Source: Henriciella sp. (lineage in GTDB: Bacteria; Pseudomonadota; Alphaproteobacteria; Caulobacterales; Hyphomonadaceae). From it: a stretch of DNA of 64,000 nt. The stretch spans positions 99,648-163,647 of the forward strand of contig NZ_JAPYPG010000002.1 of NCBI RefSeq assembly GCF_029937755.1. The letters run 5' to 3'. The notes beneath the pieces were generated by a model that saw only the letters and a list, made by a program, of their open reading frames with translations, searched no databases and was not told the DNA's origin. Shown piece after piece: positions 33,485 through 44,420 of this stretch (position 1 is the stretch's first letter; each line of letters starts with the position of its first letter). Made by a program: the position numbers and the translations under genes.

Positions 33485-33970
33485 CTAGCGGTACGGCGCG
33501 TCGAGTTCGAGATTACGGGCGATCAGCCGTTCCCAGCGGTCACCATTCGCAAGCAGACGTTCCTTGTCGTAGTAAAGTTCTTCACGCGTTTCCGTCGCAA
33601 ATTCGAAGTTTGGCCCTTCGACGATTGCATCGACCGGGCAAGCCTCCTGACAGAAGCCGCAATAGATGCACTTCACCATATCAATGTCATACCGCGTCGT
33701 GCGGCGAGACCCGTCTTCACGCGGCTCGGCATCGATCGTGATGGCCTGCGCCGGACAGATCGCTTCGCAGAGCTTGCACGCAATGCAGCGTTCTTCGCCG
33801 TTCGGATAGCGGCGCAGCGCATGCTCTCCACGGAAACGTGGGCTCAGCGGGTTCTTTTCGAACGGATAATTGTTGGTGGCCTTGCGCTTGAACATTTCCC
33901 GAAGCCCGAGGCCAAAGGCACTCAGAAAGTCGGTCAGCAGCGCGCCACGGATGGTCTGGACGAGGCTCAT
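33485..33970 (-). CDS. nuoI: NADH-quinone oxidoreductase subunit I
   Basis: Two 4Fe-4S motifs: [12 protein letters not shown] and [12 protein letters not shown]. Confidence 0.99.
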   Translation of the reverse strand: MSLVQTIRGALLTDFLSAFGLGLREMFKRKATNNYPFEKNPLSPRFRGEHALRRYPNGEERCIACKLCEAICPAQAITIDAEPREDGSRRTTRYDIDMVKCIYCGFCQEACPVDAIVEGPNFEFATETREELYYDKERLLANGDRWERLIARNLELDAPYR

Positions 33971-35043
33971 GCCTGAACTCCCATATAGACGACATAACCC
34001 GAGACGATCAGGACAGCAGCCAGCGAGGTCGGAAGGAAGATCTTCCAGCCAAGGCGCATCAGCTGGTCATAGCGATAGCGCGGCACCACCGCCTTCACGA
34101 GGGCGAAAAGGAAAAAGAAGAAGACGACCTTGCCCATGAACCAGGCGAGGTGTCCGAGATTGACGAGCCAGAGCGGGAAGTTCGCGACAAAGTCCTCACC
34201 AAACGGGATGGGACCATGCCAGCCGCCGAGGAAGAGGATCGTCATCATCGCGCACATCAGCACGATGTTCAGATACTCGCCGATCATGAAGAGCAGGTAT
34301 GGCGTCGAGGAATACTCAACCTGATACCCGGCCACGAGTTCCGACTCGGCTTCCGGAAGATCGAAAGGCGGACGGTTCGTTTCTGCCAGCGCCGAGATGA
34401 AGAACATCACGAACATGGTGAGCATCACGGGGAACAGCAGGATGTGGTTGAAGCTGAACACGTGCCACGTCCAGAAACCCCCGTCCTGATTGGCCACGAT
34501 GTTCGTCAGGTTCATCGAGCCGACGAGCAGGATCACCGTAATGATGATGAAGCCGATCGACACCTCATAGGACACCATCTGCGCGGCTGACCGAAGCGAG
34601 CCAAGGAATGGATACTTCGAGTTCGATGCCCAGCCGCCCATGATGATGCCATAGACACCGAGAGACGACACCGCGAAGAGATAGAGCACGCCGACATTGA
34701 GGTCCGACACGACCCAGCCTGGTGCGACCGGAATCACGGCCCAGGCGGCGAAGGCCAATGTGAGTGACAAAATCGGCGCCAGAATAAAAACTGTCTTGTT
34801 GGCCCCTGCCGGAATGATGATTTCCTTGAGCAGGAACTTGCCGAAGTCCGCAAAACTCTGAAGCAGGCCGAACGGACCGACCACGTTCGGGCCCTTGCGC
34901 ATCATGACCGCTGCCCAGACCTTGCGGTCCATTAGCAGGAGGAAGGCCAGCGACAGCAGCAGGACAATGGTGAACAGCAGGATCTGACCGATCACGGTCA
35001 GCCAGCCGAACAGCAGTCCATGTTCCTGGATGAATGCACTCAT
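33967..35043 (-). CDS. nuoH: NADH-quinone oxidoreductase subunit H
   Basis: [38 protein letters not shown]. Confidence 0.98.
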   Translation of the reverse strand: MSAFIQEHGLLFGWLTVIGQILLFTIVLLLSLAFLLLMDRKVWAAVMMRKGPNVVGPFGLLQSFADFGKFLLKEIIIPAGANKTVFILAPILSLTLAFAAWAVIPVAPGWVVSDLNVGVLYLFAVSSLGVYGIIMGGWASNSKYPFLGSLRSAAQMVSYEVSIGFIIITVILLVGSMNLTNIVANQDGGFWTWHVFSFNHILLFPVMLTMFVMFFISALAETNRPPFDLPEAESELVAGYQVEYSSTPYLLFMIGEYLNIVLMCAMMTILFLGGWHGPIPFGEDFVANFPLWLVNLGHLAWFMGKVVFFFFLFALVKAVVPRYRYDQLMRLGWKIFLPTSLAAVLIVSGYVVYMGVQA

Positions 35044-35052
35044 GGCGCTCGC

Positions 35053-37152
35053 CTACTCCGCTGCTACAGGCGTTTCAAGGCTGCGCTTCATGAGCGAGCA
35101 CTCCGCCATCGTCTTCGATGCCCGGGCAATCGGGTTGGTCAGGTAGAAATCCTCGATAACCGCGCCAAAAGGCCGCGCTTTATCAAGGTTCTGGGCCTTC
35201 GCCGGCGCTTCCATGAGCACCTTGTGCCCGGCTGTTCCTGGGGCGAAACCGAGGCCTGCAAACACCGCATTCTCTTCACGAAGATGCTCCCTGAGTTCGG
35301 CAGCCGAATCATACGGAAGCGTCTTTCCAAGGACATCGGACAGCGCCCGGAAGATGGCCCATGCCTCGCGAGCCTCGCCCTTGGGCTGGACGGCGGCAGA
35401 CGTCATCTGCACCCGGCCTTCGGTGTTCACATAGGTCGCCGTCATCTCGGTATAGGCGGCACAAGGCAGGATCACGTCCGCCTTCGAGGCGCCCGCCTCA
35501 CCATGGTGGCCGACATAGATCACTTTCGTGTCGCCAAGATTGCTGAGGTCATGCTCATCACCACCAAGCAGCACGAGCGTCTCAACGCCGCCCGAAAGCA
35601 TGGCAACCGTATCCGCGCCCCCTTCTTCCGGTACAAAGCCTACATCCAGCGCGCCGACCCGTCCGGCGGCATTGTGCAGCACGCCGAAACCGGCCCAGTC
35701 TTCACTGATTGCTCCAGCATCCAGCGCGATCTGGTGAGCGGCGTTCAGGACATCGAGGCCTTGTTCGCCAGTGATTGCGTTCTCACCAACCACCACCATC
35801 GGGCGCTTGGCATCCTTGAATGCCTTTACAAACTCACTGTCACCATCGAGCAAGCCATCAAGGTCTGCAGGACCGGAGCCGAGATGCTCATAGCTGTAGG
35901 TCAGGTCGACGGGCTCACCGACGACACCGACCTGGAGTTCATTCCAGAGCCAGGCCTTCCGGATGCGAGCGTTCCAGACGGCGGCTTCAAGACGCGGATT
36001 GGTCCCGACGAGAAGCAACGCATCTGCCTCTTCAATGCCCATAAGCGTCGGATTTAGAATATATTTTTCACGCACACCGTCGGCACCATAAGCTGCGCCC
36101 GCCGGACGGCAGTCGAGCGATTTCACACCGAGCTTGCCGGCAAGGTCCTTTGCCGCCTTCGCCTGTTCAACCTCGGTCAGGTCTCCGGCCAGGAAGCCAA
36201 TCTTCTCGGCCGGGCCTTCGAGCAGCTCGGCGGTGCGCGCAAGCGCTTCCTTCCAGCTGGCAGCGCGCAGCTTGCCATTCTCGCGGATGTAAGGCTTGTC
36301 GAGGCGCTGGCGGGCCAGACCGTCCCAGATGAAGCGCGACTTGTCGGAGATCCACTCCTCATTCACCTCTTCATTGACGACCGGCATGATGCGCATGACC
36401 CCGGCGCCCTTTGCATCGACACGAATAGCTGCCCCCATGGCATCCATGACATCGATGGACTCTGTCTTCCGCAGCTCCCAGGGCCGCGCATTATAGGCAT
36501 AAGGCTTGGAGGTCAGTGCGCCGACCGGGCAGAGATCGATGACATTGCCGGAGAGCTCAGATTTCAGCGACTCTTCCAGATAGGTCGTGATCTCCGCATC
36601 CTCGCCACGCGAGATCATGCCGAGCTCTTCGACACCGGCCACCTCAGCTGCGAAGCGGACGCAACGCGTGCACTGGATGCAGCGCGTCATGATCGTCTTG
36701 ACCAGCGGCCCCATATTCTTGTTTTCAACAGCCCGCTTGTTCAGCGAGTAGCGCGAGCCAGACCGGCCATAGGCTATAGCCTGGTCCTGCAGGTCGCATT
36801 CACCGCCCTGGTCGCAGATCGGGCAGTCCAGCGGGTGGTTGATGAGCAGGAACTCCATGACGCCATTACGCGCCTTCTCGACATAATCACCGCTGGTGAG
36901 AATGTTCGGCGGCGTGCCGTCAGGGTTCATCCGCATCTCGCCCACGGTCTGGGCACAGCTCGCGATCGGCTTCGGTGCGCCCTTCCACTGGACGAGGCAC
37001 ATGCGGCAATTGCCAGCCACCGACAGGCGCTCGTGATAGCAGAAGCGCGGAATCTCGGCGCCCGCCTCCTCGCACGCCTGCATCAGCGTGTAGGATTTCG
37101 GCACTTCGATATCCTTGCCATCGATGTTCAGCTTGAAAAGATCATCAGCCAT
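35053..37152 (-). CDS. nuoG: NADH-quinone oxidoreductase subunit G
   Basis: FCYHERLSVAGNCRMC, HPLDCPICDQGGEC, RCIQCTRC, DLCPVGAL. Confidence 0.99.
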   Translation of the reverse strand: MADDLFKLNIDGKDIEVPKSYTLMQACEEAGAEIPRFCYHERLSVAGNCRMCLVQWKGAPKPIASCAQTVGEMRMNPDGTPPNILTSGDYVEKARNGVMEFLLINHPLDCPICDQGGECDLQDQAIAYGRSGSRYSLNKRAVENKNMGPLVKTIMTRCIQCTRCVRFAAEVAGVEELGMISRGEDAEITTYLEESLKSELSGNVIDLCPVGALTSKPYAYNARPWELRKTESIDVMDAMGAAIRVDAKGAGVMRIMPVVNEEVNEEWISDKSRFIWDGLARQRLDKPYIRENGKLRAASWKEALARTAELLEGPAEKIGFLAGDLTEVEQAKAAKDLAGKLGVKSLDCRPAGAAYGADGVREKYILNPTLMGIEEADALLLVGTNPRLEAAVWNARIRKAWLWNELQVGVVGEPVDLTYSYEHLGSGPADLDGLLDGDSEFVKAFKDAKRPMVVVGENAITGEQGLDVLNAAHQIALDAGAISEDWAGFGVLHNAAGRVGALDVGFVPEEGGADTVAMLSGGVETLVLLGGDEHDLSNLGDTKVIYVGHHGEAGASKADVILPCAAYTEMTATYVNTEGRVQMTSAAVQPKGEAREAWAIFRALSDVLGKTLPYDSAAELREHLREENAVFAGLGFAPGTAGHKVLMEAPAKAQNLDKARPFGAVIEDFYLTNPIARASKTMAECSLMKRSLETPVAAE

Positions 37153-37155
37153 GAA

Positions 37156-37536
37156 TCAGAACTCTTTCACGGGATTGAAATCGGATTTCCGCGCCGCCGT
37201 GTTCCAGCGCGCGAGGAGATAGGTCGGGATGATGACGAACAGGTCGCCCAGCATGGTGGAAGGGCGCCACACCCTTTGGGCCAGAACGTCGTGCGCAAAA
37301 CCGAGCAGCATCGCGAATGCTGCAACAGCCAGCATGGCCCAGAGATACTTCGTTGAAACCAGCGCCATGAGACCGAACCCGGTCATCAGCACCATTTTCA
37401 CCGCCGGAAGAAGCGTGATCTCCGATTGCAACAGATCCATTCCGAACACGCGCGCAAGCATGATCAGACCGAAGACATTCGTCCCGATGATCACGGCGCA
37501 CCAGATGGCGGTGAGGATGTTGCGCAGCAGGTTCAT
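37156..37536 (-). CDS. Hypothetical membrane protein inside the nuo operon
   Basis: 126 aa with about four hydrophobic segments; GAGAAGGG SD-like sequence upstream; fits tightly between nuoF and nuoG. Confidence 0.7.
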   Translation of the reverse strand: MNLLRNILTAIWCAVIIGTNVFGLIMLARVFGMDLLQSEITLLPAVKMVLMTGFGLMALVSTKYLWAMLAVAAFAMLLGFAHDVLAQRVWRPSTMLGDLFVIIPTYLLARWNTAARKSDFNPVKEF

Positions 37537-37551
37537 GCCCTTCTCGTCTTG

Positions 37552-38856
37552 CTATTCGGCCGCAACCGTCTGGCCCTGAACCAGCGCGCGCGGCGCACGG
37601 TAGCGGGTGATACGGTCTTCAATTTCGTGGCGGAAATGGCGGATCAGGCCCTGGACCGGCCAGGCAGCAGCATCACCGAGCGCACAAATCGTATGGCCCT
37701 CGATCTGCTGCGAAACATCCAGCAGCATGTCGATTTCCTTGTGATCGGCCTCACCCTTCGCCATCCGTTCCAGCACGCGCCACATCCAGCCTGTGCCTTC
37801 GCGGCACGGCGTGCACTGGCCGCAGCTTTCGTGCTTGTAGAAATAGGCAATACGCGAGATCGCCTGCACCAGGTCTGTGGACTTGTCCATGACGATGACA
37901 GCCGCCGTGCCGAGCCCGGACTTCAGGTCACGCAGCGTGTCGAAGTCCATATAGGCATCCATGATCTGCTCGGCCGGCACCATCGGCACCGATGAGCCGC
38001 CCGGAATGACAGCCTTGAGATTGTCCCATCCGCCCCTGATGCCGCCGCAATGGGTATCGATCAGGTCCTTGAAGGTAATCGACATCTCTTCTTCGACATT
38101 ACACGGCTTGTTCACATGGCCGGAGACACAGAAGAGCTTCGTGCCGGCATTGTTCGGACGGCCAAAGCCGGCAAACCAGTCCGCGCCACGGCGAAGGATG
38201 GTCGGGGCCACAGCGATTGACTCGACATTGTTTACAGTTGTCGGGCAGCCATAAAGTCCGGCATTGGCCGGGAATGGCGGCTTCAGCCGCGGCTGGCCCT
38301 TCTTGCCTTCAAGGCTTTCCAGAAGGGCCGTTTCCTCGCCACAAATATAAGCGCCAGCACCGTGATGGACATAAAGGTCGAAATCCCAGCCATTCACATT
38401 GTCCTTGCCGATCAGTTTCGCCTCATAGGCTTCCTTGACGGCCTTCTCCAGCGCTTCGCGCTCGGCAATGTACTCGCCGCGGATATAGACATAGCAGGCA
38501 TGGGCCCGCATCGCATATGAGGCGACCATGCAGCCTTCGATCAGCAGGTGCGGATCGTGGCGCATGATTTCCCGGTCCTTGCACGTGCCCGGCTCGGATT
38601 CGTCGGCGTTGACGACAAGATAATGCGGACGATCACGCACTTCCTTCGGCATGAAGGTCCACTTCAGGCCGGTCGGGAAACCTGCCCCGCCGCGACCGCG
38701 AAGACCTGAAGCCTTGATCTGGTCGCAAATCCACTCGGGCGTCTGCTGCAGCATTTCCGGCACAAGGTGCCATGCGCCGCGCTTCTTCGCCTCTTCAAGG
38801 CCCGGTGAATGCGTGCCGTAGAGATTTGTAAAGATGCGGTCCTTGTCCTGAAGCAT
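37552..38856 (-). CDS. nuoF: NADH-quinone oxidoreductase subunit F
   Basis: [44 protein letters not shown]. Confidence 0.99.
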   Translation of the reverse strand: MLQDKDRIFTNLYGTHSPGLEEAKKRGAWHLVPEMLQQTPEWICDQIKASGLRGRGGAGFPTGLKWTFMPKEVRDRPHYLVVNADESEPGTCKDREIMRHDPHLLIEGCMVASYAMRAHACYVYIRGEYIAEREALEKAVKEAYEAKLIGKDNVNGWDFDLYVHHGAGAYICGEETALLESLEGKKGQPRLKPPFPANAGLYGCPTTVNNVESIAVAPTILRRGADWFAGFGRPNNAGTKLFCVSGHVNKPCNVEEEMSITFKDLIDTHCGGIRGGWDNLKAVIPGGSSVPMVPAEQIMDAYMDFDTLRDLKSGLGTAAVIVMDKSTDLVQAISRIAYFYKHESCGQCTPCREGTGWMWRVLERMAKGEADHKEIDMLLDVSQQIEGHTICALGDAAAWPVQGLIRHFRHEIEDRITRYRAPRALVQGQTVAAE

Positions 38857-39965
38857 CAGTCCTCACCTTCTTCCCGGCTGGAATCGACATCACCTGAATC
38901 GACCCGCTTTGAAAAATCTGTTTCCCCGCCATCGGCGAGCGTCTTCGCCTGGCCAACCCAGTTTTCGCGCTCAATACGCCCGCGAAACGACAGATAGCCT
39001 TCAACCCACTGAACATTCTCAGGCGTCCATGCCGCAATTTGCGAGAACTTGTGGATGCCCAGTGAATTCAGTTGGTCTTCATTCTTCGGACCGACACCGC
39101 TGATACGCTTAAGGTCGTCAGCCTGCTTGCCATCGATTTCGAGGGGTTCCGGGCGCGTACCTTCGATCTGCTTTTCGGCATCCTGAGTGGCCTCGACACC
39201 CTCTTCGGCCGCCTCAAGCTTTTCTTCCTTCGGCTCTTCGCGATCGACATTCGTCGGAGCTTCGCGGTCCGGCTTGCCCTTGGCTTCGGATTTTGGCTCT
39301 TCCTCGGCATCGGACTCTGGCAGGTTCGGAAGACCTTTCACCGAATTCCGGCTGCCATTGTAAAGAGTGTCTTCCTTGAGCGTCGTCGCGCCCCCCTCAG
39401 GGGCGCTATTCAACCGGTCGACAAAATTACCGGGCTCGACATCGACACCATTGCCAAGCTTCCCAAGGATCTCGTCAAGCGATTCCGGCGTCAGGTCTTC
39501 GTAGTAGTAATCATTGATCTGGACCATCGGCGCGTTCACGCACGCCCCGAGACACTCAACCTCTTCCCAGGAAAGCCGCTGATCGTCCGTAACGGCCATC
39601 TTCTTGCCGATCTTCTTCTCACAGACCTTCTTGAGATCGTTGGCGCCGCGCAGCATGCATGGTGTCGTACCACAAAGCTGGACATGGTATTTTCCGACCG
39701 GTGCGAGCTTGAACATCGTATAGAAGGTCGCGACCTCATAGACACGAATATACGGCATACCGAGACGGTCGGCGACCGTCCGCATGGCGGGCTCGGACAG
39801 CCAGCCATCATTATCCTTCTGGGCCAGCCACAGAAGCGGAATGACAGCCGAACGCTTCTTGTCTTCAGGGTACTTACCCAGCCAGAACTCGATATTCGGC
39901 TCGGTTTCCGGCTTGAAGGCGAAACTGTCGCCACCAGCCTCGATGTCGAAACGACGAAGTGCCAT
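38856..39965 (-). CDS. nuoE: NADH-quinone oxidoreductase subunit E with acidic linker and C-terminal HhH-like domain
   Basis: Start re-set to MALRRFDI; 2Fe-2S ligands CGTTPC and CLGAC; extension ends in [11 protein letters not shown]...[12 protein letters not shown]. Confidence 0.95.
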   Translation of the reverse strand: MALRRFDIEAGGDSFAFKPETEPNIEFWLGKYPEDKKRSAVIPLLWLAQKDNDGWLSEPAMRTVADRLGMPYIRVYEVATFYTMFKLAPVGKYHVQLCGTTPCMLRGANDLKKVCEKKIGKKMAVTDDQRLSWEEVECLGACVNAPMVQINDYYYEDLTPESLDEILGKLGNGVDVEPGNFVDRLNSAPEGGATTLKEDTLYNGSRNSVKGLPNLPESDAEEEPKSEAKGKPDREAPTNVDREEPKEEKLEAAEEGVEATQDAEKQIEGTRPEPLEIDGKQADDLKRISGVGPKNEDQLNSLGIHKFSQIAAWTPENVQWVEGYLSFRGRIERENWVGQAKTLADGGETDFSKRVDSGDVDSSREEGED

Positions 39966-40005
39966 TACTCGGCCCCTCCGAAAATTAGGTCCATTGCTGC
40001 GCAGG

Positions 40006-41214
40006 TCATCGGTCGATCTCCCCGAACACGATGTCGAGCGTACCGAGGATGGCGGACACGTCTGCCAGCATGTGCCCCTTGCACATATGATCCATGGCCG
40101 CGAGGTGCGGATAGCCTGGCGCGCGAATCTTGGCGCGGTAAGGCCGGTTGCTTCCGTCGGACACGAGATAAACCCCGAATTCGCCTTTGGGCGCCTCGAC
40201 AGCCGCATAAACTTCGCCTTCCGGAACGTGGAAGCCTTCAGTGTAGAGTTTGAAATGGTGGATCAGCGCTTCCATCGAACGCTTCATGTCGCCCCGACGC
40301 GGCGGCGAGACCTTCGTCCCGGCAAGCAGGACTTCGCCAGCCGGCATATTCTCGATGCACCATTTCATGATGTCATTGGAGATCAGCATTTCTTCCATGC
40401 GGACCACGTACCGGTCGTAATTGTCGCCATTGTTGCCGACAACGACCTCGAAGACGTCGCCCGGAATTTCGTCATAGATTTCATAGGGCTGCGACCGGCG
40501 GAGGTCCCAGGCAAGGCCTGAGCCGCGAACCATGACGCCCGAAAAGCCCCATTCCATGATGGTCTTCTCGTCGACCACGCCGATATCGACGTTACGCTGC
40601 TTGAAGATACGGTTTTCCGACAGCAGGCCCTCGATATGCGCCAGCGCTTTCGGGAATTCCTCGCAGAAGACCATGATGTCGTCGATCAGGTCCTGCGGCA
40701 GGTCCTGGTGAACCCCGCCTGGCCGGAAATAGGCCGAGTGCATGCGTGAGCCGGAGGCGCGCTCATAGAAGCCCATCAGCTTTTCGCGCTCTTCAAAGCC
40801 CCAGGTAATCGGGGTCAGCGCGCCAACGTCCATCGCCTGCGTCGTGATGTTCAGCATATGCGACAGGATGCGGCCCATTTCCGAATACAGGACCCGAATG
40901 AAACTGGCGCGGCGCGGCACCTCAATGCCGAGGAGGCGCTCGATCGCAAGACACCAGGCATGCTCCTGGTTCATCGGCGCGACGTAATCGAGCCGGTCGA
41001 AGTATGGCAGCCCCTGAAGGTAGGTCTTGTACTCGAGCAGCTTCTCGGTGCCGCGGTGAAGCAGCCCAATATGGCTGTCGATCCGCTCGACTACCTCGCC
41101 ATCGAGGTCCATCACCATGCGCAGAACACCGTGAGCAGCCGGGTGCTGCGGACCGAAGTTCAGCGTGAACTTCCGGTCGTCCTGGCTCGCCGAAACATAA
41201 GCAGTATCAGCCAT
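40006..41214 (-). CDS. nuoD: NADH-quinone oxidoreductase subunit D
   Basis: Start MADTAYV; [38 protein letters not shown]. Confidence 0.99.
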   Translation of the reverse strand: MADTAYVSASQDDRKFTLNFGPQHPAAHGVLRMVMDLDGEVVERIDSHIGLLHRGTEKLLEYKTYLQGLPYFDRLDYVAPMNQEHAWCLAIERLLGIEVPRRASFIRVLYSEMGRILSHMLNITTQAMDVGALTPITWGFEEREKLMGFYERASGSRMHSAYFRPGGVHQDLPQDLIDDIMVFCEEFPKALAHIEGLLSENRIFKQRNVDIGVVDEKTIMEWGFSGVMVRGSGLAWDLRRSQPYEIYDEIPGDVFEVVVGNNGDNYDRYVVRMEEMLISNDIMKWCIENMPAGEVLLAGTKVSPPRRGDMKRSMEALIHHFKLYTEGFHVPEGEVYAAVEAPKGEFGVYLVSDGSNRPYRAKIRAPGYPHLAAMDHMCKGHMLADVSAILGTLDIVFGEIDR

Positions 41215-41851
41215 TGCTGGACTCCTCCTTCTCGGCTTTTTCATCACCGGGCAGCTCTTTCGTCATGCCCTCCCACGGCGAGAGGAAATCGAAGTTGCGG
41301 TATTCCTGTACGAGCTCGACCGGTTCATTGATGACGCGCTTTTCAAGATCGTCATACCGCACCTGCGTGAAGCCGGTGAGCGGGAAGTCCTTGCGTAGCG
41401 GATAGCCCTCGAAACCATAGTCAGTGAGGATGCGGCGAAGGTCCGGATGGCCGGCGAAGCGAATGCCATACATGTCGAATGCCTCACGCTCGAACCAGTC
41501 AGCGCTCGGATGAAGATCGATAAGGCTCGGCACCGGCGTCGCTTCGTTCGTCTCGATCTTGATACGGATACGCTGGTTCAGGCGCATGGACAGGAAGTGG
41601 TAAACCACATCAAACCGCTGGCTGCGCTCCGGCCAGTCCACACCACAGATATCGATCAGCGTTTCGAAGACGCACTGATTGTCGTCCTTTAGGAACCGCG
41701 CCAGCTTCATGATGCCGTCGCGTTCTGCATGAATCGTCAGCTCGCCGAAGCGAACCTCATAGCCTTTCACCACATCGGCGCAGGCTTCAGCTGCGCTGAT
41801 ATGCTCACCAAGATCCCTGAGGGCTTCTGTCATCTCTGTCAGTCCCGTCAT
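41207..41851 (-). CDS. nuoC: NADH-quinone oxidoreductase subunit C
   Basis: [34 protein letters not shown]. Confidence 0.98.
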   Translation of the reverse strand: MTGLTEMTEALRDLGEHISAAEACADVVKGYEVRFGELTIHAERDGIMKLARFLKDDNQCVFETLIDICGVDWPERSQRFDVVYHFLSMRLNQRIRIKIETNEATPVPSLIDLHPSADWFEREAFDMYGIRFAGHPDLRRILTDYGFEGYPLRKDFPLTGFTQVRYDDLEKRVINEPVELVQEYRNFDFLSPWEGMTKELPGDEKAEKEESSNG

Positions 41852-42420
41852 TAGCGCTCGATCGAGCCTTCGCGGCGAATCTTCTTCTGCAGCTGCAGCA
41901 TGCCGTAAACCAGCGCCTCCGCAGTCGGCGGGCAGCCCGGCACATAGATGTCGACCGGCACGATGCGGTCACAGCCACGAACGACCGAATAGGAATAGTG
42001 GTAATAGCCGCCGCCATTCGCGCAGGAGCCCATCGACACCACGTAGCGCGGTTCCGGCATCTGGTCATAGACCCGGCGAAGCGCCGGTGCCATCTTGTTG
42101 GTCAGGGTCCCGGCCACGATCATGACATCCGACTGGCGCGGTGACCCGCGCGGTGCCATACCAAACCGCTCGAGATCATAGCGCGGATTGCCGGCCTGCA
42201 TCATTTCCACGGCGCAACAGGCGAGACCGAAGGTCATCCACATCAGGGAGCCCGTCCGGGCCCAGGCGATCAGATCGTCTGCCTTGGCGGTAAAGAAGCC
42301 CTTGTCGGCAAGATGGTCGGAAAGACCGGCAAAGAACGGGTCGTCAGCGCGGACATCGTGACCGCCTTCGACACCGGACCGGCCGGCTCCGAGTGCGTAT
42401 GGCTTGTAATCGTCGGCCAT
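41851..42420 (-). CDS. nuoB: NADH-quinone oxidoreductase subunit B
   Basis: Start MADDYKP; [25 protein letters not shown]. Confidence 0.99.
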   Translation of the reverse strand: MADDYKPYALGAGRSGVEGGHDVRADDPFFAGLSDHLADKGFFTAKADDLIAWARTGSLMWMTFGLACCAVEMMQAGNPRYDLERFGMAPRGSPRQSDVMIVAGTLTNKMAPALRRVYDQMPEPRYVVSMGSCANGGGYYHYSYSVVRGCDRIVPVDIYVPGCPPTAEALVYGMLQLQKKIRREGSIER

Positions 42421-42421
42421 T

Positions 42422-42796
42422 TTATTCCCACTCCAGCGCCCCACGGCGCCATTCGTAGATGAAGCCCACGGTCAGCACGGTAAGGAACAGGACCATGGAC
42501 CAGAACCCGAAGACACCAATCGTTCCCAAGCTCACGGCCCACGGGAAGAGGAAGGCGACTTCGAGGTCAAAGATGATGAAAAGGATCGAGACGAGATAGA
42601 AGCGGACATCGAACTTCATGCGCGCATCGTCGAACGCATTGAAGCCGCACTCATAGGCGGAATTCTTGTCCGGATCAGGATCGGATGGGGCCAGAATGGC
42701 CGAACCGAGGATAAACAGGAGCGAAATCACCACACCCAGCCCGAGGAAAAGGATCACCGGGAGATAGTCGAGCGCAAACTGTTCGATCTCTGTCAT
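42422..42796 (-). CDS. nuoA: NADH-quinone oxidoreductase subunit A
   Basis: [23 protein letters not shown]; AGGAG SD upstream. Confidence 0.98.
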   Translation of the reverse strand: MTEIEQFALDYLPVILFLGLGVVISLLFILGSAILAPSDPDPDKNSAYECGFNAFDDARMKFDVRFYLVSILFIIFDLEVAFLFPWAVSLGTIGVFGFWSMVLFLTVLTVGFIYEWRRGALEWE

Positions 42797-42988
42797 GAGG
42801 GCGACTCCTGGATCGCTTGCCGTCGAAAGCGCCGGGTTAGGACGCTTTCACGGGCTTGGCAACATGTCACCTCACCAATCTTAGGGGTTCCAGCTGCAGA
42901 ATTCGCCTCTGCAGCATGCGGCCTGGTGACACGTCAGACATAGCGCACCCAGGCGCGATGTCGAAGGCCTTGTTCTCAGAAAGAAAAA

Positions 42989-43063
42989 TGGTGCCCGGGG
43001 GCGGATTTGAACCACCGACACGCGGATTTTCAATCCGCTGCTCTACCCCTGAGCTACCCGGGC
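42989..43063 (-). tRNA. tRNA-Phe (GAA)
   Basis: GCCCGGG acceptor stem, anticodon arm GCGGA-TTGAAAA-TCCGC, T-loop TTCAAAT, encoded CCA; 75 nt. Confidence 0.97.
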
Positions 43064-43083
43064 AGGCCTCTTGGGGAACGCGC

Positions 43084-43112
43084 GTCATAGCTCCGCTGAA
43101 ACGCCTTGTCCA
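43084..43112 (-). promoter_or_regulatory. Putative sigma70 promoter of tRNA-Phe
   Basis: Minus strand TGGACA-N17-TATGAC about 20 nt upstream of the tRNA. Confidence 0.5.
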
Positions 43113-43152
43113 ATCCCCTTTGCCAAGTTTTTGCAGCCCGCCTGTCGCGACC

Positions 43153-44397
43153 TCAGCTATAGCGCGCCTCGACCTTCGGTTTCTTGGCCGCATCGCCCGA
43201 TCTGACAGCATCGCAAGCATCCTTCAGATCGGAGAGATAAGCGTCGATGACATCGGCATGTTTGGGCGAGAGCATGAGGTGCAGGCTGGGGGGCTCCTTA
43301 GTGACGGACGTGAACCAGCCGCGCCGGTATATCTCACCATAAAGCGCGAAGGGGTTCAGGTCGGGATGATGGAATGCCATCAGGCCCAGCATCGGATTAC
43401 CGACGATTTCGAAACCCATCTCCCGCAACCCGGATTCCGCGCGCTTTCGTGTTTCACAAACCTGCCCTTGCAGACGCCGATACCCTTCGACACCGAGATA
43501 ATTCATCACGGCCCATGCAGCGGAGATGGCGCCGCCTGGGCGCGTCCCGGCAAGTGTGGGCGTCTTCATCGGCGCGCCCGACCAGCCAGCAAAGTCGAAC
43601 GGCATGAAGGCATAGAGCTCTTCTGAGCGGAAGAGGACCGTCGAAGCTCCTTTTGCCGCGTATCCATACTTGTGCAGGTCCGCGCTCATCGACATTACGC
43701 CCGGCACCTCGAAGTCAAAAGGCGGCACTGACTCACCATTCATCCGCGCAAAGGGCGCGAAATAGCCGCCGACGCAGGCATCGACATGCAACCAGACGTC
43801 CTTGTCTTCAGCGACCCCACCAAGCGCCGCAATCGGGTCGATGATGCCATGGGGGAAATTCGGCGCTGAGCCGACCATCATGATCGTGTCCGAATCAATC
43901 GCCTCACCCATGGTCACCGGGTCGGCTTCAAAAGATCCATCCTGCTTCAGGGGGATCCGGCGAACTTCGATATCCATGAGATGGCAGGCCTTGTCGAAAG
44001 CAAGGTGAGCCGACTGCGGGAGAACGATATTCGCCTTCTGCTTCGCCCTGCCCTTGCTGCGCGCATAGTCGCGCGCAGTCTTGACCGCCATGGTGATCGA
44101 ATCGGTGCCGCCCGACGTCATCGCTCCGGTTGCGCCCTCCGGCCCATGCAGCAGGCCAAGCGCCATCGATATGACGTCCTTCTCCATTTGCGCGAGCGAC
44201 GGAAACGCCAACGGCCCGAGACCGTTCTCGGACATGAAGGCCGTATAGGCCTCCTTCTGGACGCGCTCGACCTCCTCGCCGGCATTGAAGACATAAACGG
44301 CTGTCTTCCCGTCGCGCCACTTGGCATCGCTGGCCCCACGCTCTTCGAGCATGGCCTTGATGGCCGGCCAGTCCTGGCCTTTTTCAGGTAATTTCAT
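43153..44397 (-). CDS. PLP-dependent fold-type-I enzyme, sphingosine-1-phosphate lyase / group II decarboxylase-like
   Basis: WRDGKTAVYVF, FPSLAQME, TSGGTDS, AHLAFDKA, HVDACVGG, SADLHKYGY (PLP lysine). Start set at MKLPEKG behind a GGAGGT SD. Confidence 0.82.
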   Translation of the reverse strand: MKLPEKGQDWPAIKAMLEERGASDAKWRDGKTAVYVFNAGEEVERVQKEAYTAFMSENGLGPLAFPSLAQMEKDVISMALGLLHGPEGATGAMTSGGTDSITMAVKTARDYARSKGRAKQKANIVLPQSAHLAFDKACHLMDIEVRRIPLKQDGSFEADPVTMGEAIDSDTIMMVGSAPNFPHGIIDPIAALGGVAEDKDVWLHVDACVGGYFAPFARMNGESVPPFDFEVPGVMSMSADLHKYGYAAKGASTVLFRSEELYAFMPFDFAGWSGAPMKTPTLAGTRPGGAISAAWAVMNYLGVEGYRRLQGQVCETRKRAESGLREMGFEIVGNPMLGLMAFHHPDLNPFALYGEIYRRGWFTSVTKEPPSLHLMLSPKHADVIDAYLSDLKDACDAVRSGDAAKKPKVEARYS

Positions 44398-44399
44398 AT

Positions 44400-44420
44400 C
44401 TGGCACCTCCCAGGTGCCAG
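44400..44420 (-). promoter_or_regulatory. Perfect 9-bp hairpin containing the SD of the PLP gene
   Basis: Minus strand CTGGCACCT-GGG-AGGTGCCAG-AT-ATG. Confidence 0.7.

Noticed and set aside
39072-40253. 393-aa + strand ORF opposite nuoE/nuoD, and similar ORFs opposite other nuo genes
   Set aside because: Antisense shadows; the minus-strand genes fully explain the sequence.
42856-43626. ORFs spanning tRNA genes (42856-43626, 42867-43220, 44722-44985, 44866-45465)
   Set aside because: They cross clear tRNA cloverleaves and have no protein features.
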